Source: a virus (taxonomy: Duplodnaviria; Heunggongvirae; Uroviricota; Caudoviricetes). Taken from it: a stretch of 64,000 bases of DNA. The notes beneath the pieces were generated by a model that was not told the origin of the DNA, searched no databases, and saw only the letters and a program-made list of their open reading frames with translations. Shown here piece after piece: positions 13,046 through 21,750 of the stretch (position 1 is the stretch's first letter; every line of letters starts with the position of its first letter). The position numbers and the translations under genes are program-made. Location: the IMG/VR virus record IMGVR_UViG_3300042875_000419. The stretch is one strand, 5' to 3'.

Positions 13046-13948
13046 TTAAACCTCAATAAATTGGAGTTGGAAATTATCAGCTTGTTCTTCATAGTTGATG
13101 TAACCACGTGGGTTAGCAACAATACGTGTCGAGCCAATCATGTAATCAAAATTATGGTGAGTGTGACCATGGGTCCACAGTTTGATTTGTGGATGATCCA
13201 AAATAAATTCAGACAAATCTGAACTATATGCACCGTTCACCATAACATCTTTTTCATATTGTGGCTTTGTTGATTGCTTAGAAGGAGCATGATGGCCGAC
13301 AACAATCCAGTTTTTAAGTGGTTGTGCGATAATCGATTCGTCTAATGCTTTCAACGTAGCCTTATGTTCACGCACAGATTTTTCTGGGGAAAACTTTCCT
13401 GTACGTGTATGAAACTCTTGTTTTACAATGTTAGTGTAGTCTGTGCTTCCGTCTTCTTTGGTGCCATAAACAGGCACTTTGTAATTAACCACTTCGCTAC
13501 TATCTTCAATGATACGATAATCGTTCATGTAACCTTTGATACCATACAAGGTGTTTGGATCTTCCTTGTTCATATCGGTCCATAGTGACGCACCAAAAAA
13601 CATTGTGCCATTGATATCAACACATTCTTTTTCTAGAATATGAAGATTGACCAGATAACCAAGGTTAGTACGGAGATTTGTAAGAGACTTAGCAAAGTCA
13701 CCGTGATAATGTTCATGGTTTCCGAGAATGTAAATGACATGAGGAAATCGTGCAGAGCATTCTTGGAAGAAAGTATGAATTTTATTAGACTTATCATGCT
13801 CACCTCGGAGGTTATAAGTATCACGGGCAAAGACTTCCTTGGCAACACAAATATCACCAGAGAGAATCAACACATCCGCATTTTCGGTGTTCTCCAAAGA
13901 AATCGTACCGAATTCCAGATGAACATCAGAACAGAGAGCAACTTTCAT
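13046..13948 (-). CDS. Calcineurin-like metallophosphoesterase
   Basis: SDVHLE, GDI, GNHEHY, GHH, HGHTH motifs. Confidence 0.92.
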   Translation of the reverse strand: MKVALCSDVHLEFGTISLENTENADVLILSGDICVAKEVFARDTYNLRGEHDKSNKIHTFFQECSARFPHVIYILGNHEHYHGDFAKSLTNLRTNLGYLVNLHILEKECVDINGTMFFGASLWTDMNKEDPNTLYGIKGYMNDYRIIEDSSEVVNYKVPVYGTKEDGSTDYTNIVKQEFHTRTGKFSPEKSVREHKATLKALDESIIAQPLKNWIVVGHHAPSKQSTKPQYEKDVMVNGAYSSDLSEFILDHPQIKLWTHGHTHHNFDYMIGSTRIVANPRGYINYEEQADNFQLQFIEV

Positions 13949-14136
13949 TTTATTTTCTCCAAAGAATCTTTCCGCATATAGTGAATAGATTGTGTATTTG
14001 ATTGTGAGGGTGGTTGTTTTACAACCGGCAAGAATTCAACACCATCTATTTCTTTAGATGGCCAATGAGAATATGTGTAATACACTTCTGCTTGGGAAAT
14101 TCTATTACGCATTTTAATTGGGTTATACATTTTCAT
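13945..14136 (-). CDS. Hypothetical protein
   Basis: 63 aa, ATGA-coupled on both sides. Confidence 0.7.
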   Translation of the reverse strand: MKMYNPIKMRNRISQAEVYYTYSHWPSKEIDGVEFLPVVKQPPSQSNTQSIHYMRKDSLEKIK

Positions 14137-14258
14137 AATCTAATCAACATAATCAAAAAACAAACGGCAAGGATTCCAAAAGTAAATGTCCGACCCAATA
14201 GTGCGCCTAGGAATGTACCTAAAACAAAAAGACTATATGAGGATAAGAAAATTTCCAT
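14133..14258 (-). CDS. 41-aa membrane peptide (absent from ORF track)
   Basis: MEIFLSSYSLFVLGTFLGALLGRTFTFGILAVCFLIMLIRL; ATGA overlap with the next gene. Confidence 0.55.
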   Translation of the reverse strand: MEIFLSSYSLFVLGTFLGALLGRTFTFGILAVCFLIMLIRL

Positions 14259-14300
14259 GTTAGAATCCGAGTTACTTACAAGGATTCTAACAGAGCTACG

Positions 14301-14771
14301 TCACTTTGTCAAGGCTTCTGTTGTATTTTTGCTACAACCGATCTCAATTTTTCGTGGTTTCTTTTCTTCTGGAATGATGTTTACCAGATTGATGACCAAT
14401 AAACCGTCAGCGATATCAGCATCTTTAACAACGATGGTATCAGAAAGTACAAATTTGTGGGAAAAATCCCTTGTACCGATACCACGGTGTAGATACTTAT
14501 CGGAGGTTCTTGCGGTCTTGATTGATCCATTCACGTAAAGTTTTCCACCTTCCGAAGTGATTTCAATTTCATCACGCTTGAAGCCTGAAACGGCAATTTC
14601 AATCGTGTAATTTTCATCATCTTCTTTAAGAATGTTGTATGGTGGATAGCTTTGAACCTTAACACCTTGACCAAGAAGATTGTCGTATTCCTTGATAGTG
14701 CTTAGTAGTCGGTCGAAACCGACAGTGGACGGAAGCAAAGATTTGCCGTATGGCAGTGATAGATGTGTCAT
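14301..14771 (-). CDS. Small heat-shock protein (Hsp20/IbpA-like)
   Basis: YPPYNI, IEIAVSGF, YLHRGI, FSHKF, DGLLVI, PEEKKPRKIEI. Confidence 0.95.
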   Translation of the reverse strand: MTHLSLPYGKSLLPSTVGFDRLLSTIKEYDNLLGQGVKVQSYPPYNILKEDDENYTIEIAVSGFKRDEIEITSEGGKLYVNGSIKTARTSDKYLHRGIGTRDFSHKFVLSDTIVVKDADIADGLLVINLVNIIPEEKKPRKIEIGCSKNTTEALTK

Positions 14772-14910
14772 AGTTTTCTCCTAAAAGCGAGTTAATTAAA
14801 ATTACTACCCCGAAGGCATAGTATTCCTGCTTACTTAATACAGGGTCAACTAACGAGTGACAGTGCAATTGCCCGGACGCCTTTTACCATAGCATCAAAC
14901 AGCCCTAAGG
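14772..14910 (-). promoter_or_regulatory. Structured 5' leader of Hsp20
   Basis: Hairpins GUCA/UGAC, CCUG/CAGG, ACUAUGCC-UUCG-GGGUAGU, and CUC/GAG over the SD. Confidence 0.5.
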
Positions 14911-14920
14911 TGGGCTCTTT

Positions 14921-15334
14921 TTATTTATCCGCCGATTGTGGTTTTTTGCTACCAATGTTATATTTGGGTACAAGTTGCCAATCGTTCTTCTCTTTGTGAG
15001 ACAGAATTTTAACTTGAGATAAAGAGACTGTCGGCTCCACAGTCTGTTCTTTTCTAACAATTTTAATAAGTTCCCAGTCTTCCAGCAAGTTGGTGACAGT
15101 GTTTCTCCGAGCAATATCATTCTCGGTGAGATCGGTTGGTTTACCATCCAAAGAAAACAGTTCTTTAAAATGTACAATATAATACTTACCTTGCTTATGT
15201 AGAATGTGGCAAGATTGGTAAAGTATTTTTTCTTTTTTGGATGCAACACCGATGCGTGTGAGAGTTTCACGTACTTTTAAAAAGTCGTCCTTTTCACCTA
15301 GTGTCACCTCTACCATATCTTCTATTTTAATCAT
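14921..15334 (-). CDS. regA: Translational repressor RegA
   Basis: FLKVRETLTRIGVAS, LYQSCHILHKQGKYYIVHFKELF. Confidence 0.97.
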   Translation of the reverse strand: MIKIEDMVEVTLGEKDDFLKVRETLTRIGVASKKEKILYQSCHILHKQGKYYIVHFKELFSLDGKPTDLTENDIARRNTVTNLLEDWELIKIVRKEQTVEPTVSLSQVKILSHKEKNDWQLVPKYNIGSKKPQSADK

Positions 15335-15717
15335 TATTTTTTCACTCCGCCTTTATCTAGTTTTTCTTTTATCAAAGCGATTTGTTCATCTGAAAGAACA
15401 CGTAATGCCTCTTTAGCTTTTTCGTTGGAATAGCCAAAGTATTCTTTAACACACTCTAAATCCTTGACCGCCGCCTGTTTTTGCCAAGCGTGAAACTTGC
15501 GTTTCATAGGTCTAATTGTATTTAGAAGATATTGGAATTGTAAAGTTTCTGGTAGATGATGATTCATATTCAACTCATTTACATATAAAATGCAATCGAG
15601 TTGATATGAGAGTGAACGATTAATGAGAAAGGGTTTATATGATTTGAAATCTAATTCTTCATCAGAAAACTTATTTCTTTTGTTTAGAACTACTTCAACA
15701 AAATCAAATGGGCTCAT
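15334..15717 (-). CDS. gp62: Clamp loader small subunit
   Basis: YKPFLINRSLS, Y.Y.LN.IR, KEYFGYS..KA; synteny. Confidence 0.93.
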   Translation of the reverse strand: MSPFDFVEVVLNKRNKFSDEELDFKSYKPFLINRSLSYQLDCILYVNELNMNHHLPETLQFQYLLNTIRPMKRKFHAWQKQAAVKDLECVKEYFGYSNEKAKEALRVLSDEQIALIKEKLDKGGVKK

Positions 15718-15724
15718 ATTATTC

Positions 15725-16666
15725 TCACTTAAAAGAACAATCGGCCATCAATTCTGTCAGGAATGCCATCAGGTTAATCTCTTGGTCTGCAACGAATGCA
15801 GATTGATACTGATATTTTGCAAGATGCAAAACTGCTTGAGGAATACTATCTGGTGTCATAACCTCATAAAGAGATTCATAAATCTTTCTGAAGATAGAAG
15901 CTGAATCGGAGTCAATATTATTGATAACCCACTTTCGAGCCAGACCAAAGTCTTTCTCTTTTACGGCTTTAATTAAATCAGAAATTTGTAGGTCGGATAC
16001 AGATGCAAGGATGCCCTTGTCAATTGTACCACCAACAGAATAACGCTGTAGTTCATTGAGAACACGGCGATTATCTGGAAAGTGTTTTGTAATAACTGAT
16101 GCTACAACTTGCTTGTCGTATACAACGTTCTCTTGTTCAAGAATCCATTCCACACGCTTGAAGAACTGTGCGGCCATCTTAGCTTTTTGACCATTTTGAA
16201 TCTTGAATTCAACAACAGAACAACGAGAATGTAACGGATCAATGATACGATTCTTGAAGTTACAAGTAAAGATGAAAGAACAGTTAACTGCGAATTCTTC
16301 CATTGCACCACGGAGTGCAGGTTGTGTGGAATTTGGATTTAGATAATCAGCTTCATCAATAATGATGACCTTGCGGCCACCAGAAAGGCTCATTGATGAT
16401 GCATAGTTTTTGATTTTGTTGCGGAATGTGTCAATGCCGCTTTCGTCCGACCCGTTGATGACGATGTAGTCACAGCCAACTTCTTCACATAGGGCTTTTG
16501 CGATTGTAGTTTTGCCGACCCCTGCGGATCCAGCAAGTAGCAAATTTGGGATTTCTTTTCTGTTAACATATTCCTGAAAGGTTGTTTTAATAGACTCCGG
16601 AAGAATACAGTCCTCAATTTTGTGAGGACGATACTTTTCCACCCATAGCATTTGGTTGCTTTCCAT
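15725..16666 (-). CDS. gp44: Clamp loader AAA+ subunit
   Basis: LWVEKYRP, GSAGVGKT, IIDEAD, SRC motif. Confidence 0.97.
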   Translation of the reverse strand: MESNQMLWVEKYRPHKIEDCILPESIKTTFQEYVNRKEIPNLLLAGSAGVGKTTIAKALCEEVGCDYIVINGSDESGIDTFRNKIKNYASSMSLSGGRKVIIIDEADYLNPNSTQPALRGAMEEFAVNCSFIFTCNFKNRIIDPLHSRCSVVEFKIQNGQKAKMAAQFFKRVEWILEQENVVYDKQVVASVITKHFPDNRRVLNELQRYSVGGTIDKGILASVSDLQISDLIKAVKEKDFGLARKWVINNIDSDSASIFRKIYESLYEVMTPDSIPQAVLHLAKYQYQSAFVADQEINLMAFLTELMADCSFK

Positions 16667-16692
16667 TCAAATTCTCCATAATAATATAATAA

Positions 16693-16899
16693 TTAAAGGA
16701 GTGAGCCGTCTTGCCACTCCCAACCCAAACATAGTGCCATCATTTTACGATGAAACCAGTTTGGTTTTTTCACGATAGAAATACTCAACCCATAATTTCC
16801 ACCAATTCGATAAAAACCAGAATATTTTGGCGGTACATAAAAACTATATGGCTGAGTAGCCGCATTCGTTATGTAAGGGGATGAGTTAGGCTCACTCAT
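16693..16899 (-). CDS. Hypothetical protein
   Basis: 68 aa, coupled to the upstream gene. Confidence 0.6.
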   Translation of the reverse strand: MSEPNSSPYITNAATQPYSFYVPPKYSGFYRIGGNYGLSISIVKKPNWFHRKMMALCLGWEWQDGSLL

Positions 16900-17171
16900 T
16901 TCGTTTCAGTCATTCCGATGTAGAGTGCTTCAAACTCATTATCTTCCGTGACTTCTTCTTGGAAAGATTGTTTGTGGTGTGTCTTTGCCATACGGCGAAG
17001 AACCTTTTTTGGAATTTTAAAGTTATCATAAAGTGCATCGATAACATCTTTGATAGCTTCTTTGTGTGAATCGATAACTGTCATTTCATTTGAAATTTCA
17101 GAGAGAGCATCACGAATGGATTTGAGTTGGTTCTCATCAAAAGAACCATAGAGTGTAGTCACAGCAGTCAT
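16896..17171 (-). CDS. Small helical protein, possible nucleoid/DNA-binding
   Basis: Coiled helix, IPKKVLRRMAK, FEALY; between gp45 and gp44. Confidence 0.7.
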   Translation of the reverse strand: MTAVTTLYGSFDENQLKSIRDALSEISNEMTVIDSHKEAIKDVIDALYDNFKIPKKVLRRMAKTHHKQSFQEEVTEDNEFEALYIGMTETK

Positions 17172-17173
17172 AA

Positions 17174-17857
17174 TTATTCTCCGTACTTAGAACCAGTTTC
17201 AGTTGTCACCCAATATTCGACAGGAACAGTTGTGTTCTTGAAGTGACCAATACCTTTAGAAGCAATAGTAACTTCATATGCACCAGGAACAAAACGTAGG
17301 TTTTCGGTTGCAAAGAACATACGATATTTTGTACCAGTTCCCTGTACGTTTAAGGTTGTCGAGTTAACATGTGATGCATCATCTTTGGCATCAAAAGTTT
17401 CAATAGAAACAGATTCACCATTTGAGACAAAAGCAATGTTAGGAGAACCAAGTGCTGATGCAACTTTAGAAATCCACTCAAGGTCTTGTGCATCAAGTGG
17501 GAATTTAATCTCTGCATTCTCCATCGAAATGGTTTTATCGGGTGGAACGAGAATAGTTTCTTTAGCCGCTTTGCGATACTTGGTGCTAGAACGGCCACCA
17601 AGACCCTTGATGACAATGTTCTTTTCTTCAACTTCAATTTCAGGTTGTGCATCACGTGCTAGTGTGAGTGTGCCCAAGAAATTGTTGAGGTCGTGAATAC
17701 CAAATTCAGACTCAAAGGTATCGGTTAATTCTGCTCTCGCAAGAATGTTTTTTTGTTTAGAGATAGTTTCAATAACATTACCGGGCTTAACATAGATACC
17801 CTCATTAATCGTGGCAAAGTTTTTAAAAATACTCATTGTATTTGTGGAAAGTTTCAT
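17174..17857 (-). CDS. gp45: Sliding clamp
   Basis: MKLS..T..I.KNFA.IN, FGIHDL..FL, F..ENL...PG.Y.V.I; synteny. Confidence 0.95.
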   Translation of the reverse strand: MKLSTNTMSIFKNFATINEGIYVKPGNVIETISKQKNILARAELTDTFESEFGIHDLNNFLGTLTLARDAQPEIEVEEKNIVIKGLGGRSSTKYRKAAKETILVPPDKTISMENAEIKFPLDAQDLEWISKVASALGSPNIAFVSNGESVSIETFDAKDDASHVNSTTLNVQGTGTKYRMFFATENLRFVPGAYEVTIASKGIGHFKNTTVPVEYWVTTETGSKYGE

Positions 17858-17868
17858 AACAATACTCC

Positions 17869-18519
17869 TTAAGTAGGTTCTTGAATTGTATCAGGTCCGA
17901 AGGAACTAATCAAGCAATTCTTCAATTTTTTCTTCAAGTCTTCCAGACTTCCATCATTGTCGATAGTGTGGTCAATATCACCACCAACCCATCTCCATTC
18001 AGATTCATGCACACCAGATTGGTTAATCATAAATGCTTCAGCTTTATGGTCATCACGGTTTGCTTTTGCGGCAATTTCATACCAATGTGGTTTGATGCCA
18101 CGTTTAATTTCAATTAATGTGCCACGGTGCTTATTGATAAAAGAAATTTCATTCTGAAATCTAACATCAGTGATAACATAATTTTGTTCAGGTGCATTAT
18201 CGATATAGTTTTTCAACTTAATCACCCAAAAATCTTTATGAAATACATCACGACCAACTTCTGTACCCATGAGTTGTAGTGCCAGCCTAGGTGTAAATTC
18301 TTTTCCAAGTTCGTATGACCAAAAATCATCCGGCTTTTCTCGCCATTCACGTGAATGTTGTGTATCACCTTCTAGTAAATGACGAGGCCATCCAAACATT
18401 TCTGCTGTGACATCCTTAACACCTTTAGCAAAGGACACGGGTGTAAAACCCATGTCTTTTAGCAGGTCACCTGCTGTACCTTTACCTGAACCAATAAATC
18501 CAAGTAAACCCACAATCAT
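17869..18519 (-). CDS. gp1: Deoxynucleoside monophosphate kinase
   Basis: GFIGSGKGT, SFA, PR..LQ..GTE, VITDVRF.NE, H.SE. Confidence 0.92.
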   Translation of the reverse strand: MIVGLLGFIGSGKGTAGDLLKDMGFTPVSFAKGVKDVTAEMFGWPRHLLEGDTQHSREWREKPDDFWSYELGKEFTPRLALQLMGTEVGRDVFHKDFWVIKLKNYIDNAPEQNYVITDVRFQNEISFINKHRGTLIEIKRGIKPHWYEIAAKANRDDHKAEAFMINQSGVHESEWRWVGGDIDHTIDNDGSLEDLKKKLKNCLISSFGPDTIQEPT

Positions 18520-19316
18520 TACATTTCTCCAACATAATTCGCTACGGCAGGCATGTCACCTTGGAAATGGTATGTGCCAATGTGTTGTGTACGCATCCAA
18601 GGGCAGAGCCAAATTTGACCACCCATGTTACGCCACCATTGGCAGAACATGTAATCTTCTGAGAGATAACGTTCGGATACTGGATCAATCACAGTATCAA
18701 AGTATGCATGAATGTAACGAGAGCCGTCAAAGTGTGCTTGACCAACATGGTCTGGCTTGTACTTGAGTTGTGGATATTGTTCTGCAAACTTAGGGAACAC
18801 TTCACGCTTAATCATCATAAAACCGGTACCAATTTCCATGACTTCAAGTGGTTCAGACACAGAGAATTGTGCGGTACCTTTAACTGGATTGAAAACATAA
18901 TCACCAGTAACCTTTTCAAGCAGATGTGGTTCAATGTCAGGATGCATTTGAACTGCCTTCTTGACGTTACCCCATTTGATAGCCTTCTTAGGATAAGGAC
19001 CACCAATAACATCTTTATCTAGTGCCAACAATGCAATCACATCTTGTGGATTGAAGTTGATATCCGAATCGATAAACAACATATGTGAGCAATCAGAACG
19101 ATTTAGGAATTCATCTACCAAATAGTTCCTTGCACGTGTAATTAAAGACTCATTAAACAAGAATGAGAATTTAACTTCGATTCCATATTGAATACACATA
19201 CCTTGTAGATCAAGGCATGCCTTCATATAGAGTCCATGGTTTTGCCCACCATACATCGGTGTGGCTACAAACAACTTATGTTTTCTAAGTTCATCTGTTT
19301 TAATTTGAATTTCCAT
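18519..19316 (-). CDS. Glycosyltransferase-like (GT-A) protein
   Basis: FVATPMYGG, ESLITRARN, FIDSDI, GTGFM, YLSEDY.FC. Confidence 0.75.
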   Translation of the reverse strand: MEIQIKTDELRKHKLFVATPMYGGQNHGLYMKACLDLQGMCIQYGIEVKFSFLFNESLITRARNYLVDEFLNRSDCSHMLFIDSDINFNPQDVIALLALDKDVIGGPYPKKAIKWGNVKKAVQMHPDIEPHLLEKVTGDYVFNPVKGTAQFSVSEPLEVMEIGTGFMMIKREVFPKFAEQYPQLKYKPDHVGQAHFDGSRYIHAYFDTVIDPVSERYLSEDYMFCQWWRNMGGQIWLCPWMRTQHIGTYHFQGDMPAVANYVGEM

Positions 19317-19331
19317 TTGTGCTCCAAAAAT

Positions 19332-19369
19332 AAAAAAAAGGAGAGACCATTAAGAAATGGTACTCTCCC
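19332..19369 (-). terminator. Intrinsic terminator
   Basis: GGGAGAG(T)ACCATT...AATGGTCTCTCC followed by T8. Confidence 0.8.
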
Positions 19370-19383
19370 GTATCAAACCAAAA

Positions 19384-19656
19384 TTAAGCGGTTTGTGGAC
19401 GAACGCCCATAGCACGGCATTGTGCTTTGAAAGACTTGGAAGGAGTTCCAAGACGATAAACAGCAACCTTAGAGCCATCAGCACGTGACTTAATGTTGGT
19501 GTAGATAGCATAGCCTTCGGTACGCAACTCAGCAATACGTGCGGCAACATTACTGATACCGAAACGTGAGCGAGCCTGTGCTACGCTGAATGTGTTGTAA
19601 CCTTCCTTCTTGGTCAAGGTTTGCAACATTTTTTCCTTAGCGGATAATTTTTTCAT
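19384..19656 (-). CDS. Winged-HTH DNA-binding protein
   Basis: FSVAQARSRFGISNVAARIAELRTEGYAI...YRLG; likely start MKKLSA. Confidence 0.8.
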   Translation of the reverse strand: MKKLSAKEKMLQTLTKKEGYNTFSVAQARSRFGISNVAARIAELRTEGYAIYTNIKSRADGSKVAVYRLGTPSKSFKAQCRAMGVRPQTA

Positions 19657-19705
19657 AATAAACTCCATTTTAAATTTAAGAACACTGCTCATACAAGCAA
19701 TTCAC

Positions 19706-19734
19706 AGTATACAATTATGTAGGATAAAAGTCAA
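19706..19734 (-). promoter_or_regulatory. sigma70 promoter
   Basis: TTGACT-17 nt-TATACT. Confidence 0.75.
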
Positions 19735-19772
19735 GTGTTTTAGCGGTACACTTGAGAATTTGCCAAAATAAA

Positions 19773-21128
19773 TCACCTACCCACCTGGCCAAGGTACTTA
19801 GATTTAGTTTCTTCCCAAGTCATGTAGACCAGGTCATCATAGAAAAGAGTTTCATATGAAACATTATTTTTCTTCTGCAATTGGCGGATACGACCTTTGG
19901 CATACTTGATCTTCCATAGTTCCGAAAGGGCTTCCTCAGAGGTGTCGAAAGACTTTACGAGTTGTTCTTCGGCAATTTCTCCACGGAGAAACTCATTCGT
20001 ATTATTGTAGAGAGGTGAGAAATAGATACCACGTTGGTGTGCGGTGCGTGTTAACTCTTTTGGTATGCCAAGTTTTGGATACAAGAAGTGTAGTGAACGA
20101 TTCTTGTGGTCACGTTTGAACGGAAGACCTTTATCGTTCTTAGCTTCCCACCACTCAAAGTATTTTTCTGTGTGGTTCTCTTTCAGCCAGTTCCAAAGCA
20201 TGTTTAGTGTGGACTTCCGTGGTTCAAAAGCAACAGAACCAGATGAGAAACCCATCTTGTTCCAGTGTTCAAGCCCATCATATTGAGAAAGCCCACCAGA
20301 CTTAGTATTTCCATACAGAGAAGTGGTTGTAACTCCGGCAAGAACATCACCATATTTTTCTTTCCACAATTTCTGAACTGTATCAGACAGGCAAAGCAAC
20401 GCAAGTAGTTTACCACCCATGTAATTGAAACCGAGCGGCTGGAGTGGAACAATAGACGAACCGATTGCAGTGTGGTTAATCATACCACCTTGAGTTTTCT
20501 TTTCACGTTCCCATCCAATAGCAGTATCACGTGGGGTCAAATCAAGAAAGTCGGAAGAAATACAAACAACACCAAGATACTTACCGGTCACATCATCCTT
20601 CACGATAAAGTTAAGATTTCGACCAATGTTCGAGTTGTTCTTCATCGTTGAGATAAAGGTACGTGTCGTGTTCCACAATATAGGAAGGTCTTTAGTACGC
20701 TTCTTGTCGCTTTTTATGGTCGTACCGTCAATTCCTGTCGTGAATTTTGATCCGGAGTCATCAGTGAATTCCATAACAGGGCGCAGATTCATAAAGTCAT
20801 CAGGCGATTCTGGTATCCAGATGTTGCTCTTGGCAATGTCGATGTACTTACCTTGTTCTTCATCAACCAGAACCTTCTCATCACCCCAAAAAGTGTTATT
20901 GGTTTTTGTTGGAAACTTTTCTTGAACTTCACACCACTTCTGGAACAAAGTATATTCTTTAACGTCCATGTTGGACGCATAGGTCAAATCTTCTGTGAGG
21001 ACTTTTTTCAGTTCTTCGGTATCGATGTGTTCAAATGAACTTTTTGGATTCTTTTCCGACCATTCTTCCCACTGTTTCTGCACATGTGTGGGCCACTTTT
21101 CGTTTTCAACATCAGAATCGTTTGACAT
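19773..21128 (-). CDS. DUF4338 (DruA-like) domain protein
   Basis: IGRNLNFIV.D, LG.....SD, RD..IGW, IVP.QP.G.N..GGKLLALL, TTTSLYG. Confidence 0.65.
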   Translation of the reverse strand: MSNDSDVENEKWPTHVQKQWEEWSEKNPKSSFEHIDTEELKKVLTEDLTYASNMDVKEYTLFQKWCEVQEKFPTKTNNTFWGDEKVLVDEEQGKYIDIAKSNIWIPESPDDFMNLRPVMEFTDDSGSKFTTGIDGTTIKSDKKRTKDLPILWNTTRTFISTMKNNSNIGRNLNFIVKDDVTGKYLGVVCISSDFLDLTPRDTAIGWEREKKTQGGMINHTAIGSSIVPLQPLGFNYMGGKLLALLCLSDTVQKLWKEKYGDVLAGVTTTSLYGNTKSGGLSQYDGLEHWNKMGFSSGSVAFEPRKSTLNMLWNWLKENHTEKYFEWWEAKNDKGLPFKRDHKNRSLHFLYPKLGIPKELTRTAHQRGIYFSPLYNNTNEFLRGEIAEEQLVKSFDTSEEALSELWKIKYAKGRIRQLQKKNNVSYETLFYDDLVYMTWEETKSKYLGQVGR

Positions 21129-21750
21129 TAAATTTTTCTTTCACCTTGTTAATCATCATTTTTTGTGCCTTGCGTCTTTTCTCGGCAAGTTTGGAACGCT
21201 TCCTCATTGCCATTTGCATAGCCAATGGCTTCACATGCATAGTATACACTACTCCATTCATGTGGTCAAGTTCATGTTGAAAGCAACGTGCAGTTATTCC
21301 GGCAAACTTTGCTGTTTTGGTAGCACCGGTGAAATCTTGGTACTCCACTTCAATTGTGGATGGACGTTCAATGTTCAGGAATAAATCCATATATGAAAGG
21401 CATCCTTCTTCCATTCTGGTTGTTTCTTCTGAAACAGAAATAATTTTTGGATTAAAGAACGCTACGTACTCATCACCTGAACCCATGACGAATACACGAT
21501 AGTTGTACCCACATTGGTTAGCTGAGAGACCTAAACCATTGTACTTCTTACAAGTCTCGACTAAAGAACTGGCAAATTCTGACGGATTAACTGGTGGATT
21601 AGAAAAGTCAAACTCTGGTAGTTTAGATTTTAATTCGGGGTGTGTTTCGGGTACGAGAGGAAAAATTTCAATCTTTTTGGAGATTGTAGGTAAATCTTTT
21701 TTCCAAGAATCGGTATCAATTACTAAAACATCATTTTTTATTTCATTCAT
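21112..21750 (-). CDS. def: Peptide deformylase
   Basis: GLGLSANQ, EEGCLS, QHELDH motifs. Confidence 0.95.
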   Translation of the reverse strand: MNEIKNDVLVIDTDSWKKDLPTISKKIEIFPLVPETHPELKSKLPEFDFSNPPVNPSEFASSLVETCKKYNGLGLSANQCGYNYRVFVMGSGDEYVAFFNPKIISVSEETTRMEEGCLSYMDLFLNIERPSTIEVEYQDFTGATKTAKFAGITARCFQHELDHMNGVVYTMHVKPLAMQMAMRKRSKLAEKRRKAQKMMINKVKEKFNVKRF

